This document shows, piece by piece, positions 1 through 11,954 of a DNA stretch of 33,943 nucleotides. The notes beneath the pieces were generated by a model. It searched no databases. It was not told the DNA's origin and was given only the letters and a program-made list of their open reading frames with translations. A program made the position numbers and the translations under genes. The first letter of the stretch is position 1, and the number at the start of each line of letters is the position of its first letter. This DNA comes from Octopus sinensis (taxonomy: Eukaryota): contig NW_021836738.1 of NCBI RefSeq assembly GCF_006345805.1, positions 1 to 33,943 of the forward strand. The letters run 5' to 3'.

Positions 1-114
1 AACAGGTTTTGTTGAATTTTGTGCTGCTTAAATAAAGCATATTACTCTATCACCGGTATTTGAGTACTCTTTTTTCCACCTTGTTACACATTTATGTGTT
101 ACTCGTTATATAAT

Positions 115-207
115 ATAAATATATAATATATATTATACTATATATATGTATGTTATATATATACAGGTATATATACACACGCATATATATATTTCTATAT
201 ATACATG

Positions 208-241
<34 letters not shown>

Positions 242-450
242 TGTATGTATGTATGTATGCATGTATGTATTATGTATGTATGCATGTATGTATTATAGGT
301 ACAGTACGTATACAGATAATAGGTACATTTATGTATATGTGTGTGAGTGTGTGTAATTTTGTTTGTGTGTGAGTGTGTGTATTTTTGTTTGTGTGAGAGA
401 GAGTTAGAGTGAGAGACAGAGTGAGTGAGAGAGTGAGAGAGAGAGACCAT
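115..450. repeat. Compound microsatellite (TA)n/(ATGT)n/(GT)n/(GA)n
   Basis: Directly visible; explains ORFs 133-450, 150-356 and 270-515. Confidence 0.95.
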
Positions 451-469
451 CTCTCCACATCGCTTTGCA

Positions 470-655
470 ACCGGTGGTGGTTTATTAACGTCCTTGTAAC
501 ACAGCCGTTCGGCAAAAAATCCTGATAGAACTAATAAATACTGGTGTTGATTTGCTTAATGCAAAAAAAAAAAAAAAAGAAGCCGCCCATCGACATAGTA
601 CCCCAGCATAGTCGCAATCCAATGACTCGAATAATTGAAGAATAAAAGAAAAAGG
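470..655 (+). mobile_element. Diverged 3' half of SINE family A
   Basis: Weak match to the family A tail (ctgatagaa...gcaatccaatgact...aataaaagaa; compare 3430-3527). Confidence 0.5.
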
Positions 656-922
656 GTAAATGGTGTAGATGTAATTATTTAACTAAAGAGACCTGCTGTG
701 TAAAAGAAAATTTCGTTAATAAAAGTCACCGTTAATAAAAAGCCAGGTTAGAGAACAATACAATAAAAATATTCAGGAATATGGATACAATACATGAGCA
801 AACAGCACTACTATCTTATTGATAATTTCATAGAAATTGCGAATAGCAGTGATTGAAGGCTTATGAATAGTAAAATACAAAGCAAAAATTAACGCAAAGA
901 GGCAACACATATAAAAGATATT

Positions 923-1341
923 CTCTTTACTCTTTTACTCTTTTACTTGTTTCAGTCATTTGACTGCGGCCATGCTGGAGCACCGCCTTTAGTCGAGCAA
1001 ATCGACCCCGGGACTTATTCTTTGTAAGCCCAGTACTTATTCTATCGGTCTCTTTTGCCGAACCGCTAAGTGACGGGGACGTAAACACACCAGCATCGGT
1101 TGTCAAGCAATGCTAGGGGGACAAACACAGAGACACAAACATATACACACACACTTATGTATATATATACATATATACGACAGGCTTCTTTCAGTTTCCG
1201 TCTACCAAATCCACTCACAAGGCACTGGTCGGCCCGGGGCTATAGCAGAAGACACTTGCCCAAGATGCCACGCAGTGGGACTGAACCCGAAACCATGTGG
1301 TTGGTTAGCAAGCTACTTACCACACAGCCACTCCTGCGCCT
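923..1341 (-). mobile_element. SINE family A, full length (tRNA-related head, CORE-like domain, internal (CA/TA)n, (GAGTAAAA)n tail); resembles octopus OR-type SINEs
   Basis: Minus strand begins AGGCGCAGGAGTGGCTGTGTGGTAAG, then B-box-like GGTTCAGTCCC and CORE-like CTTGGGCAAGTGTCTT. Near-identical copies at 14267, 24226 and 32093. The family name is from memory. Confidence 0.9.
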
Positions 1342-2018
1342 TTTATGAAATATAGAAGGAAAACTAATTGTTGAATAATTATAAATCCAACGTTCAAGAT
1401 TTTATCAATTATAATTAATCCGATGATCCGCTGCGACATCTGTAACGCACCCGAACACGCCAATGTTATAATTGTTTCGCTCCGGTGGTAAAACTATGAT
1501 TTTCAAACGCTGAAAGAATAATGGATCTAGGGACAGTATTGTTTTAAATTATACGTAATGGGCTGATAATTATACAATCGTTCCTTACACACAAACACCG
1601 ACACACCCTGACACAGGCAGGTAAGCACGCATACGGGTACACACCCACGTAATCATACACGCGTGTGCTGATATAAATTATATAACTGAGTGGGTATATG
1701 TGTACGTGTATGCATGTAGGTATGTATGTTTATATATGTATGTACCTATAACATATGCACACAGATATGTGCTCACATACAAACACAAACGGACAGACAT
1801 TCAAATAATACACTATCAGAAGAATGCATACAACAATAGAACTACAAAATCGATCTAACACAGGAGATGAAGCACCCACTAAAATTGCACAAAAATTGTA
1901 TAACATGTATAGCAAGAACAAAATGCACTCGTGTAATAAAATAGATGAATACGCAATTAAAAACACTCGTGGAACATACCACGTGAATTACACCGGAATA
2001 TAATCTCACTGTTAGACT

Positions 2019-2212
2019 ATCATCATCATCATCATCATCATTAACGCCCGCTTTCCATGCTAGCATGGGTTGGACGATTTTGATTTCGGGCTGGCGAACC
2101 AGATAGCTGCACCAGGCTCCAATCTTGATCTGATATAGTTTCTACAGCTGGACGCCCTTCCTAACGCCAACCACTCCGAGAGTGTAGTGGGTGCTTTTTA
2201 CGTGCCACCGGC
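2019..2212 (-). mobile_element. 5'-truncated SINE (family D) with (GAT)n tail
   Basis: Minus strand GGTGGCACGTAAAAAGCACC...TAGGAAGGGCGTCCAGCTGTAGAAAC ends in (GAT)n. Single copy here, recognised from memory. Confidence 0.65.
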
Positions 2213-2213
2213 T

Positions 2214-2224
2214 ATAGATAGATG

Positions 2225-2320
<96 letters not shown>
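2214..2320. repeat. (GATA)n microsatellite
   Basis: Directly visible. Confidence 0.97.
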
Positions 2321-2321
<1 letters not shown>

Positions 2322-2335
2322 GCAGATATACTAGA

Positions 2336-2641
2336 GCAGGAGCAGCTGTATGGTTATGAAGCTCGCTTTACAATCATCTGGTTTCGGTTTCAGTTCCATT
2401 GCGCCGCACTTTAGATAAGCGTCTTCAACAATAACTCCAGACGAACCAATGACTTGCGAATGGATTACTGAATTTCGTCGAGCCAATCTTCTGACATGAA
2501 CCCAATTAAAAATTTTTGGAGCATAGTAACTAGAGCTGTACGAAAAGTTCGAGAGAAACTTAAATCTAAAGATTAATTGTTTCGATTGTTGCCAACCTGT
2601 ATTTGTGTATGTGTGTGTGCGTGTGTGTGTGTGTGTGTGTG

Positions 2642-2733
<92 letters not shown>

Positions 2734-2890
2734 TCCTCTCAATTTAGTAGTTTGGTAACGGAACAAAAGGACTGATAGAATAAATAATAGATTTAAGAAA
2801 ATAATTAACCCAGGTGATTTATTCTTCTAAAGCGTTCAAGCCAGTGTCCCACCAGAGCTGCAGTCCAATGACTGAACCAAGAAAAGCGTA
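2336..2890 (+). mobile_element. Old, diverged SINE family A copy (head 2336-2470, (GT)n, tail 2731-2890) interrupted by a Tc1 fragment
   Basis: Head and tail segments match family A loosely and are in the correct order. Confidence 0.55.
2472..2600 (+). pseudogene. Tc1-like transposase fragment (third catalytic motif region)
   Basis: Translates SSQSSDMNPIKNFWSIVTRAV...KSKD*LF, matching the Tc1 motif QSPDLNPIENLW with the catalytic E changed to K. Confidence 0.55.
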
Positions 2891-3126
2891 ATAGATAATA
2901 ACAAAGATTGACATTTAACAAAAGGAGCAAATATAGAAAGCATGGAACGTAATTCCGTCAATGTTATATTAAAATTTCGATGTCATTACAGCTGCAGACT
3001 TCATGAATCAGTTACAATGGACGGTTCATTCTCGTCATTTGACCATGAACAAGCTAGGAAACAGAACATGCCTGAATGAAGTACAGAAAATATTACGGGA
3101 TGAAACCATTTGATTGTATTATAATT

Positions 3127-3293
3127 GTAGCTTGCTTGCCAACCACATGGTTCCGGGTTCAGTCTCACTGCGTGGTATATTGGGCAACTGCCTTCTACTA
3201 TTAGCCTCGAGCCGACCAGAGCCTTCTGAGTAGATTTGGTAGACAGAAATTGAAAGAAGCCTGTCGTGTATATATATATATATATATGTGTGT

Positions 3294-3329
<36 letters not shown>

Positions 3330-3527
3330 TGTGTGTGTGTTTGTGAGTTTGTGTTTGTCTCCCCATCATCGCTTGGCCACCGATGTTGGTGTGTTTACGT
3401 ATCCGTAACGTAACAGTACGGTAAAAGAGACCGATAGAATAAGTCCTGCGGTCGGTTTTTTAGACTAAAGACGGTGCTCCAGCATGGCTGCAGTCAAATG
3501 TCTGAAGCAAATAAAAGAATAAAGGAA
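3127..3527 (+). mobile_element. SINE family A copy
   Basis: Reverse-complement match to 923-1341, with a small internal deletion in the tail. Confidence 0.88.
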
Positions 3528-3669
3528 TGATAAAGAACATAACAATAATTTCCATGACAGAAAAACAATGGTGGTTTCAATAATGGCAAACTGCAAAACC
3601 AAATCTAATTTCACTGATAGGACACACGTAAAATTTGTTATATAATGCACATTTACCGCTGTAGTATAT

Positions 3670-3947
3670 TCTTTTCTACTCTAGGCACAAGCCCAAGATT
3701 TTGGAGGAGGGATGAGTCTATTAGGTCGACCCCAGTACGCTACATTGTACTTAATTTATCGAATCCGAAAGGATGAAAGGCAAAGTCGACCTCGGTGGAA
3801 TTTGAACTCAGAACGTAAAACCAGACGAAATACCCATTTCTTTACGACCCACAAGGGACAAAACACAGAGAGGACAAACAAGGACAGACAAACGGATTAG
3901 GTCGATTATATCGACCCCAGCGCGTAACTGGTACTTATTTAATCGAC
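3670..3947 (-). mobile_element. SINE family B, headless (Deu/Nin-like central domain)
   Basis: Matches 15001-15708 and 27412-27829. Minus strand carries B-box GAGTTCAAATTCC and GCCTTTCATCCTTTCGG...ATAAATTAAGTAC, which resembles the Deu/Nin domain (from memory). Confidence 0.85.
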
Positions 3948-3976
3948 GAATGCGGCAATAATTGCGCATTGAAGGG

Positions 3977-5406
3977 ATACGAAGGAAGGAAGGGAGGAAG
4001 GAAGGAGGAAGGAAGGAAGGATGGAAGGAAGGAGGAAGGAAGGAAGGAAGGAAGGAAGAAGGAGGAAGGAAGGAAGGGAGGAATGGGAGAGAAGGAAAGG
4101 GAGGAGGAGGAAAGTCAGGAAGGAGGAAGGAGGAAGGAAGGAAGGGGGAAGGAGGAAGGGAAGGAGAAGGAAGGGAGGAAGGAGGAAGGAAGGAGGAAGG
4201 AGGGAGGAAGGAAGGTGGGGAAAGGGAGGAAGGAAGGGAGGAAGCGAAGGGAGGAAGGAAGGAAGGCAGGAAGGAAGGAAGGAAGAAGGGAGGAAGGAGG
4301 GAAGGAGGGTGGAAGATTGGAAGGGAGGAAGGAAGAAGGAAGGGGGGAAACGAAGAAAGGGGGAAGGAAGGAAGGGAGGAAGGAAGGAAGAAAGGAAGAA
4401 AGGGAGGAAGGAAGGAAGGAAGGAGGGAACGAAGGAAGGAATTAGGGAAGGAAGGAAGGGAGGAAGGAAGGGAGGAAGGAAGGAAGGAAGGAGGGAAGGA
4501 AGGAAGGAGGGAGAGAAGGAAGGAAGGAGGGAGAGGAGAGAATGCGAGAAGAGGGAAGGGAGAGAGGAAGGAGGAAGGAAGGAAGGGAGGAAGGAAGGAA
4601 GGAGGGAACGAAGGCTGGAATTAAGGAAGGAAGGGAGGAAGGAAGGAAGGAAGGAAGGAAGGAGGGAGAGAAGGAAAGAAGGAGGGAACGAAGGCTGGAA
4701 TTAAGGAAGGAAGGAGGAGGAAGGAAGGAAGGAAGGAAGGAGGGAGAGAAGGAAGGAAGGAAGGAAGGAAGGGAGGAAGGAAGGGAGGAAGGAAGGAAGG
4801 AGGAAGGAAGGAATTAAGGATGGAAGGGAGGAAGGAAGGAAGGAAGGAAGGAAGGAAGGAAGGAAGAAGGGAGAGAAGGAAGGAAGGAAGGAAGGAAGGG
4901 AGGAAGGAAGCTGGGAAGGAAGGAAGGAAGGAAAGGAGGAAGGAGGGAAGGAGGGAAAGAAGGAGGGAATTAAGGAAGGAAGGAAGGAGGGAGCGAAGGA
5001 AGGAAGGAGGGAAGGAAGGTGGGAAGGAAGGACTTAAGGAAGGAAGGAAGGAAGGAGGGAAGGAAGGAAGGAAAGAAGGAAGGAAGGAGGGAAGGAAGGA
5101 AGGAAAGAAGGAAGGAAAGAAGGACGGAAAGAAGGAATGAAGGAAGGAAGGAAGGAAGGAAAGGAGGAAAGAGGGAACGAAGGAACGAAGGAACGAAGGA
5201 ACGAAGGGAGGAAGGAAGGAAAGGAGGAAGGAGGGAAGGAGAGAATGAAGGAAGGCATTAAGTAAGTAAGGAAGGAAGGAAGGAAGGAAGGAAGGAGGGA
5301 AGGAAGGTGGGAAGGAAAGAATTAAGGAAGGAAGGAAGGAAGGTAGGAAGGAAGGAATGAAGGTATGAAGGAAGGAAAGAAGGAAGGAAGGAAAGAAGGA
5401 AGGAAG
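3977..5406. repeat. Degenerate (GGAA)n polypurine satellite, about 1.4 kb
   Basis: Almost purely purine on the + strand, with recurring variants GAATTAAG and GAACGAAG. Explains all R/K/E/G-rich and P/S/F/L-rich ORFs at 3962-5544. Confidence 0.97.
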
Positions 5407-5606
5407 TGATGATTTTATCATTGATAAAAGTATTTTCATCGTCGTCTTTGTAATGTACAGCAAAGAACGCGAACAAAATGCCAATATTACCATCATTTTA
5501 TTTTGAGAATCGGACAATGGCGCTCTTGAAATGCCAGCGGACAAATGATTTTATCAAAGCAATTGTTACTTATTTTAAAAAATAGTAATAAGGAAATATG
5601 AAAATA

Positions 5607-6083
5607 TCTTTATATATAAAAGTAAGGTTGTGTGTCTGTCTCCTACGATTTAGATTCCTAACTACTCCCACATTTTGCGGTGCAGTTTAACCAAAACCGG
5701 GTATCTTATAGTCGTGATTCATATCGAGCCCTTCTGGGTATTAGCGCGCGTCTACGATGAGTCTACGATTTTAAAAATAATTTACCATCATTTTTTTCCA
5801 TTTTAATGCATTTTTTCGCTCTCTCTAAAAATGTCTACGATGAGTCTACGATTTTAAAAATAATTTACCATCATTTTTTTCCATTTTAATGCATTTTTTT
5901 CGCTATTATAAGGGAAGTAACTCTCTAAAAATGTCTACGATGAGTCAACGATTTAAAAAAAAATATACCATCATTTTTTTTCCATTTTTAATGCATTTTT
6001 GCTACTTTTTTGCTATAACTCTCTAAAAATGCTTTATAGTTATTTCCCTTACAAACCCGAGCAACGCCGGGCGATACGGCTAG
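5607..6083 (+). mobile_element. Non-autonomous Helitron with internal tandem repeats
   Basis: 5' TC after A (5606), 3' CTAG (6080-6083) before T, and a GC-rich subterminal hairpin CCCGAGCAACGCCGGG. Three internal repeat units start at about 5750, 5833 and 5933. Confidence 0.85.
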
Positions 6084-6373
6084 TTCTTAATAAAAACAAA
6101 ACGATCAAACTAAAGTACAGACCATGCCCCCATATAACTTGTTTGGAACGAAAGCTGTTTTGTATATACACACTCATAAGCATGCGCACACACGCAGACA
6201 CTTGGTCGGCCTCCATCGTTCTGCGTCCAGGGTGTAATTATTTAATCAAATGAACAACTACTGCGGCAATAAAGTATAAATGACTGGACCAGTGCACAGA
6301 GAGGATTCTCCTTGAAATAATCCTGAAGCAAAGTAAGTGTGATTTAGTGTCCGTTACATTTTTTTGTATTGCG

Positions 6374-6709
6374 GAGACCCCCTTCGATCATGAATGACCA
6401 TGGGATTGCACCTAGTAAGTTACCCTCCGAGGCACAAGTCCGGGCATGGTTGTTTCATGGAAGACCAGTAGTCGCCCATGCATACCAGCCTCCTCTTTCC
6501 ACGCCACCAGTGATGTCCAAGGGAAAGGTAAAGGGGCTGATACAGCTTGGCATCAGTAACGTGGCAACTCATTTCTACAGCTGAGTGAAATGGAGCAACG
6601 TGAAATAGTGTCTAGATCAAGAACACAACACGCAGCCCGGTCCGGGATTCGAACTCACAACCTCACGGTCGTAAGATCGGCGCTCCAACCACGGAGCCAT
6701 GCGCCTCCC
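6374..6709 (-). mobile_element. SINE family C, full length (tRNA head plus CORE-like domain)
   Basis: Minus-strand head GGAGGCGCATGGCTCCGTGGTTGGAG...GAGTTCGAATCCC with A and B boxes. Copies at 17581 and 30047. Confidence 0.9.
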
Positions 6710-7059
6710 AAAAAATTTTTTTTTTTTGTATTACAGGTACAATTAATCTGATCAGTTTCTATACTTTCCTCAAAACTCATCTTTATTCACAAGGCGCAAG
6801 CCAGCCGGATACTATAGGAAGTGACGCTTGAGTAAGTTTCCAAGATACGGGAGCTCGAGTTCGCAAAATAATTTTATTCAACTCTCCAACATTCTGTGCC
6901 TACCGGGTATATACACGTATACACACACGCAAATATACAAACATAGATATGTGTGTGTGTGTACTAAGAGGGATTGTCAGACACACGTAGAAAGTGTTAG
7001 ATAATAGATAAATATGTGCATCAAAATATACGTTGACTTACACACCTATGCATTTTAGT

Positions 7060-7262
7060 GGTGTGTGGGCCAGCGATGAAGTCTCTAAATAATTTCACTA
7101 TCTGCTGGAAACGAGAGCAAAATCTCCATTGAATATAACTCTACCACAGGAAATACGTACAGTTGCTTTGATGATATCGCCTTCAGCATATTCTTAATAA
7201 CACGGTGTGGTCAGAGCATGTAAATACTTAAGTCATATGCTGTCACGGTTGGGCTGACAACT
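7060..7262 (+). mobile_element. Highly diverged SINE family F remnant
   Basis: Weak similarity (ctgctggaaac...aaatctcc) to 7830-7900, 13846-14100 (-) and 26400-26592. Confidence 0.4.
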
Positions 7263-7447
7263 TAATTTTCAAATTGTCAAGGTAGGTAGGGACCGTCTTA
7301 GAAGTGGATTTCGGGACCCTCCAATTAATAGCTACATATTCCTCAGTTCGGCCGGTTACATTTACATACATTAGGTTCTGCTGTTTCAGAACCTAGCTTT
7401 CCATTGATCAATATATTTTTCAGTGGTTTTGTTTGCCTATTGATTTT

Positions 7448-7762
7448 TTTTGTCGCTTTTTTCAAGTCTAGCCAGGCTCATGGGGCCGGTTTCCCGATTT
7501 CTGTGGAATATGTGTTCCTCCTACCCAGTTGGACAGGACGCCAGTCCATCGCAGCGTTACTCGAGAAACAGGAAGAGAGAGTGAGAAACAGTTGTGGTGA
7601 AAGAGTACAATAGTGATCGCCACCCCACCCCCCCTGCCGGAGCCTCGTGGAGCTTCTTTAGGTGTTTTCGCTCAATAAAAACACAACGCCCGATCTGGGA
7701 ATCGAAACCGCGATCCTCCGAGCGCGAGTCAGATGCCTTAACCACTGGGCCATTGCGCCTCC
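7448..7762 (-). mobile_element. SINE family E (tRNA head, CORE-like then V-like segment)
   Basis: Reverse-complement match to 28729-29029. A box TGGCCCAGTGG and B box GGTTTCGATTCC on the minus strand; GCGATGGACTGGCGTCCTGTCC resembles V-SINE sequence (from memory). Confidence 0.82.
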
Positions 7763-8574
7763 AAATTGATTTTTATAAGTGGATGCTATTCCTAAAACAA
7801 ACAGCCACAAGCTATCCATGATCGTAACCTTCATGTGGACGTATAATCTGCTAGAAGAACCAGCCGAATTTTTTCAAATTACATTCTAGCATCTTAAGAA
7901 AAGTGAGAACTCATTAGAAAATTGAGACCTAAGTACACTGTTCCTGGAAAAAATAAGAGAGTCGGGAAGTTCACGGATGGAACGTCTATGTTCATAAATG
8001 TGTTCGAACTAGAGCCAAATGATAACAATACTATAGTAGTTTTATTATCACGGACACAACTTTCACATTCACTGCGCCCACACCATACACCCATTACAAT
8101 TTTAAAATGAGATATGTTATGAGAACGGTTCGTGTGAGCAGCCATTGCCAGGCTAAATGAAGTCATTCGTTTAGGGAGAGCCTAAGACATACGACCCACC
8201 ACGTTCCCCCACAAAAGAGAAGAGAACAGAATAAGCTTAAAGATCGTCAGAAAATTAGATACAGACATAGAGATAGATACGCAGAGAGATACACATTATA
8301 GGCACACAAGCACATACACGCATACATATATGCATATACTTATTTACACATATAGAGAAAATGCCATATATGCATACACACAAATCGACTGACAATTATT
8401 GTGGAGACATCCGTCAAACTGACTGACCGATTGAGTGTCAGGCGAGATGGCGTACAGACAGTTTAAATGACCGCCAGGCAGACGTACATACATACATACA
8501 GGAACAACGTTGGCAGGTCCATATTTACAACGACAGAAGTAAAGACAGAGAAAATGAGAGAGGGGGAGTTGGAG

Positions 8575-9028
8575 ACAAAGAGAGAGAGAGAGGGAGAGAG
8601 AGAAGGAGGAAGGAGAGAGAGAGAGAGAGAGAGAGAGATAAGCAATGAGAAAAGCAGATTTAGAAACAGTCAGACAGACATACAGACAAATATGCATGCA
8701 GACAGGAAATCTGAAGTAAAACAAAAAAACACGAAAATCAAAGAAAATGGAAGAGAAAAGAAAGGGGAGGCATGTGCAAATGTACACACACATATTCACA
8801 CAGAAAACTTTACATAGACATGCGTATATATATATATATGTAGGTATATACATATATGTATATATATATATGTATATATATATGTATATATATTTGTATA
8901 TGTATACATATGCATATATATGAATATGTGTATATCTATATGTATGTATGTATATGCATATATATGTATATATTTGTATATGTATATATAATATTCATAT
9001 GGATTTATATCTATGTATATATATATGT

Positions 9029-9060
<32 letters not shown>

Positions 9061-9078
9061 GGTATATATACTATATAA

Positions 9079-9162
<84 letters not shown>

Positions 9163-9256
9163 ATACATACACCGGTAAGTAAGAATGGCCATCTTTTTTT
9201 TTCGGTAATGCAGGTAACTAGATACAGAAATATATTCATAGATAATATAGATGAGC

Positions 9257-9325
<69 letters not shown>
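8575..9325. repeat. (GA)n, long (TA)n and (GATA)n microsatellites
   Basis: Directly visible. Confidence 0.95.
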
Positions 9326-9327
<2 letters not shown>

Positions 9328-9359
9328 GTATTGACACAAGTGCTTTGCATAAAAAGATA

Positions 9360-9806
9360 ATGGGTGGGGTGGTGGGGTTCCTGGTGGTCTTAAAATTGTT
9401 GTTGTGGTCCATGATGATGATGATAATGATGATGATGATGCCCAACATCAAGATCAAACTAATAGTAGTGGTGGTGGTGTGGAGGTGGTGGTGGTTGAGG
9501 TGGTGGTGGTGGTGATGGTGGTGGTGTCGTTGATGGTCATGGTGTTGATGATGGGAAGGAAAAGCAGGAGGCGGAGGTGGAGGAAAGGAGGGAGCGAATG
9601 GTGATGATGATGGCGGAGTTCGCAGTTTAGCCACTCTAACGGTGACTTGGATTTTTTTAGGTTCTCTCTGAAACCAGAAGCTCTTGTTCTGATGATGATG
9701 ATGATGATGATAATGTTGCTATTGCTGCTGCTGCTACTCTGTCGACGACGATGATGATGACGATGATGATGACGATGGTGACGATGTTGATGATGATAAT
9801 GATGAC

Positions 9807-9852
<46 letters not shown>

Positions 9853-9856
9853 TTGG

Positions 9857-9887
<31 letters not shown>

Positions 9888-10344
9888 GATATCGATGACG
9901 ACGACGATGATGATGATGATGATGAAGATGACAATGATGATGACGACAATGATGATGATGACGATGACGATGATGATGATGACGATGACGATGATGATGA
10001 CGACAATGATGATGATGACGATGACGACGACGATGATGATGATGATGATAATGATGAAGATGATAATGATGAAGATGACAATGATGATGACGACAATGAT
10101 GATGATGATGATGACGATGATGATGACAATGTTGATGATAATGATGACATCGTCGACGACGACGAAGATGATGATAATGATAGTGCTATTGTTGACTATG
10201 TCGTTGGTGGTAAAGATGATGATGGTGGTGGTGGTGGTGGTGTGGTGGTGGTGGTGGTGGTGGTGATAAGAGATTCGTTTTATTATTACTATTATTATTA
10301 TTATCATTATTATTAGTATCATTATCATTATTATTATTATTATG

Positions 10345-10376
<32 letters not shown>

Positions 10377-10858
10377 TATTATTATTTCTTTGTTGTTTGT
10401 ATGTTCTTGTTTCATTTGTTTATAGATTTTTTTAGCTCTCAATAAATACAGAAAGAAAGAAAGAAAGAAAGAAATGAAAAGAGAAGAGAAGAACAGAAAT
10501 AAGGCTTTGCAAAGAGGATAGACTAGAGAAACAAGAGGGAAAATTATATATATAAATAAAACTCTGGGGTATAGTGTAAAAAAAAACAGATATATATATA
10601 TATATAATGATAAAAAATATATGGGGATAGTGAAGGTAAAAAAATACTGGGGAAAAAATGACGAAATAGTGTAGTGTAGAGAGAAAAAAAATGGATAGAG
10701 TACAAAAAATGTGGGGATGAACTAGAAGGAAAAAAAAAACGAGGGGAGATAGATTAGAAAAAAAATGAGTGAAGGGGGGATACAATTGTATAAAATATAT
10801 ATAAAAAATGTATATATGCGTATGTATATACAGGGGATATTACAGGAAAATAATAATG

Positions 10859-10905
<47 letters not shown>

Positions 10906-10928
10906 GTGATAATAATAATAATAATAAT

Positions 10929-10984
<56 letters not shown>

Positions 10985-11192
10985 TAATAATGATAATAAT
11001 GTCGACAGAAAGGGCGAAAAAAATTGGAGGGAGAATAAGGAAAAAAAAATATGGCGGAGGTAAAGGGAGAGAAAAGAAATAAGGAAGAGCTTGAAAACAC
11101 ATCAGATAACTAATATAAACAATATAAAGAAGAATATGAATGTGTTTAGTTTTATATATGTGTATATATGTGTATATATATATATAGTTTTA

Positions 11193-11230
<38 letters not shown>

Positions 11231-11479
11231 TTGTTTTTCTTGTGTGCTGTTGTTTGTTATGGCCATTCTTGCAGACGTTAATGTTGTCGTTGTTGTTGTG
11301 GCTGTTCTTGTAGATATACTCATTGTTGTTGTCGTTGTTGTTGTTAGTGTGTATCAAAACTATAAAATGAAAATGGAAAGCAAAGCAAAAAAAAAAATCG
11401 AAACAAAAAAAATATGCAATAAATGATAAAGTTTTTTCTGTTTTGTCATCTTTGTTGTTGTTGTTGTTGTGGCTTTTGC

Positions 11480-11513
<34 letters not shown>

Positions 11514-11912
11514 TCTCCCGTTTTCTAATTGTTCTAGTTGTTATTGTATTTCTGTTGGCCGACGAAATATAAAGAAGAAAAAAAATCTAATAAAATAAAA
11601 ATAAAATGTAATAAATGTGAAATAATTGTTGTTGTTATTGCCACTGCTGCTGCAGTTGCTGCTGCTGCTGTTGTCACATATATCGCTGTTGTATTCATTA
11701 TCGTTGTTATTGTAGTATCTTCTCATCTTGTTGTTGTTGTTGTTGTTGTGACGTATAAAGAAAATCGGTAAAAAAAAAATTTTTAATAAATCAACCAAAA
11801 CGTGAAAAAAAAAAAACCATGTCTGCGTTAATAGTTCTACTTTTTGTTGTTGTCCCTGTTATAATGGCTACTACTGCTGCCGCAGCCGCTGCCCCTAGTG
11901 GTGGTGGTGCTA

Positions 11913-11954
<42 letters not shown>

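Noticed and set aside
1-105. Possible terminus of another repeat at the window edge
   Set aside because: Truncated by the window; too little sequence to classify.
3962-5544. Long R/K/E/G-rich and P/S/F/L-rich ORFs (up to 307 aa)
   Set aside because: Translations of the GGAA satellite, which has few stop codons in any frame.
7372-7395. Perfect 9-bp hairpin TAGGTTCTG/CAGAACCTA (similar 8-bp stem at 17237-17262)
   Set aside because: Expected by chance in 34 kb; no supporting context.
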